From Nemertoderma westbladi (taxonomy: Eukaryota > Animalia > Xenacoelomorpha), in contig JAUCBJ010000898.1 in NCBI GenBank assembly GCA_032718475.1, positions 1 through 37,501 of the forward strand: DNA of 37,501 nucleotides, in the 5' to 3' direction. A program made the translations under genes and the position numbers. The notes under the pieces are model-generated. The model searched no databases. It saw nothing but the letters and a program-made list of their open reading frames with translations, and was not told the origin of the DNA. Shown here piece after piece: positions 35,634 through 37,501 of the stretch. Numbering within the stretch: the stretch's first letter is position 1; the number at the start of each line of letters is the position of its first letter.

Positions 35634-37501
35634 ATCATCCGCATCTTTAAGGCCAGTGTCCTTTAAGATGCGTCTCAAGAAAGTCATGGGCTGTCCACCA
35701 TGCTTATTCACTCCATGAGGCTGCCAAAGTACAAGATTATGCACTGGCTGGTCCTCACGGCGAAAGCAATGTCCTGCAAAGCGGAGGCGATTTTGTTCTA
35801 GTGTCAAGCTTGGGGGAACCAATGAGACACCTCCAATGTTATATAGTGTCTGGTTGGAGATGTGTGCATTGTACTTGACACAATGAACCCGGCGTAGCAT
35901 TCTTGTGAATGTGCCATCCAGAGATTTGGTGTCCTCAGCAGTTAGAGCCCAGCATGGACTCCCGTAGAGGAGTACTGGAACTACTGCTGCTCTAAATAAT
36001 CGGACCTTAAGTTTCCGATTAATTCTCGGTGACTTCCAAATCCTGGAAAGCCTATTCAAGGCTGCCCATGCCTTTCCCTTACGTATTCGAAGGTCCTCAC
36101 CTGACTTCCGGATCCATGATCCCAGGTAACAGAAGTCGTCCACATGCTCAAGCATACCATCCTTTGAGCTTATGCTCATCCGATCAGAGACTTGCTGAGG
36201 ACTTTCAAAGTTAACTGTCAGAATTTTGGTCTTTCTGGAGTTAATAAAAAGACCAACACTAGAAGCAGCATGTTCTAATGAGCTGAGGAGCCGTTGGGCT
36301 CCCTCTAATGATTCTGAGAGTACTCCTAAGTCATCAGCAAAGTCTAGATCAGTTAGGTACTTGGCAGGATTTCCTCGACTTCTGGAGCCAGTAGGTGGAG
36401 TTATCATCACCCCATCATCATTATGATGATCTAAGGACATGCGTAGAACATAGTCAACCACAATAATGAACAAGAATGGTGCAAGTGTGTCTCCTTGGAG
36501 GACGCCCCATAACACTTCAAATGGTTCTGTGTCACCGTCAGCAGTAGACACAAATGTTGTCGAACCATCGTATACTGATCTGATTGCTGCAATAATTTCA
36601 TCAGGAATCCCATATAATGAAAGTATGCTGAACACACGTGAGCGAGAGACTGAATCAAAGGCCTTGAAGAAGTCAATAAAGATAACAGCCAGATGCCTGT
36701 CTTTCTTTTTTGATAATTCTTCAATTATCCTTCTAAGTGCCAAAATGGGCTCCATGGTCCCACGACCTTTACGGAACCCATTCTGATTTCCACGGAGCAG
36801 TCTCTCAATGGGATCCCTGATGCGATTTAATAGAATCCTATTGTATAGCTTTGCAGCAATCGAGATCAATGAGATTCCCCGAAAAGAACCATAGAGTGTT
36901 AGGTTGCCCTTCTTGGGAACTGGCACCAACTTATTTGTTTTCATTTCTTGTGGGACTCTTGTTGTACGGTACATGTCTACTATGATGGGATAGATGAGCT
37001 TTAAACACTCAGGTATTTTAAAGACCTCAGGGGGAACACCATCTACTCCACTGGCACGATTGGTCTTAATGCTCTTTGCAGCAGCCTTCACTTCTGCAAA
37101 GGAGATATCGCCAATGGGAATATCTGGGAGTACAGACTCAGACACCTTTACTTCTATAAAGTTATCAGGCAATACCCTGTCATTATTGAGGAGCTTTTCA
37201 AAGTGGGCTTTCCAACCATTGAGGCGATCGGCTGGTGATTCAGCCTTAACCTTGGTGGTTGGTTGGCTTTTCCGCCCAGTAAGTAGATTGATGGATTTCC
37301 ATGCCTGGGATGATTGCCTGCTGTCGTCAGCATCATTGATGGCATCAACCTGTTGGTTTATTAGCTCCTGTAGATTAACAGAGTACTGCCTGTTCAGGGA
37401 CCTAGATGCAGCCTTAACTGCATTCTTGGCCGCTGTAGTCTGTTTGAGTCGGGACTCTTTCTGCGCCTTAAGAAGGTCATTTCGTGCATGCTTAGCATTC
37501 T
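35495..37501 (-). mobile_element. Young RTE-like LINE; RT ORF uninterrupted from the window edge to the stop at 35562
   Basis: Frame open from 37499; SFRGISLIS, QNGFRKGR, FIDFFKAFDS, GVLQGDTLAP, DFADDLGVL, RLRFAGHCFR; no stops or frameshifts seen. Confidence 0.95.

Overview
AT-rich eukaryotic (animal-like, probably invertebrate) genomic DNA dominated by transposable elements. It has several LINE copies (RTE-like, CR1, L2-like, a CRE-like restriction-endonuclease fragment and two two-ORF LINEs), non-autonomous DNA transposons (Sola2-like with an ATGT target-site duplication (TSD), piggyBac-like with a TTAA TSD, a MITE, Helentron-like repeats), tRNA-derived sequences and short tandem arrays. 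Host-type genes are an intact intronless KCTD5/2/17-family BTB gene (18495-19208), a frameshifted type II membrane mucin-stalk/fibrinogen-related-domain gene (5124-6301) and two orphan intronless ORFs. The most striking feature is at 28.2-29.0 kb: a 412-bp unit in which a tRNA-like Pol III promoter runs directly into a minimal type I hammerhead ribozyme. It is present as a 1.1-mer plus an inverted, circularly permuted copy, i.e. a retrozyme/Penelope-pLTR-like element nested inside the Sola2-like transposon. All calls are by eye; no searches were run, and boundaries of degenerate elements are approximate.
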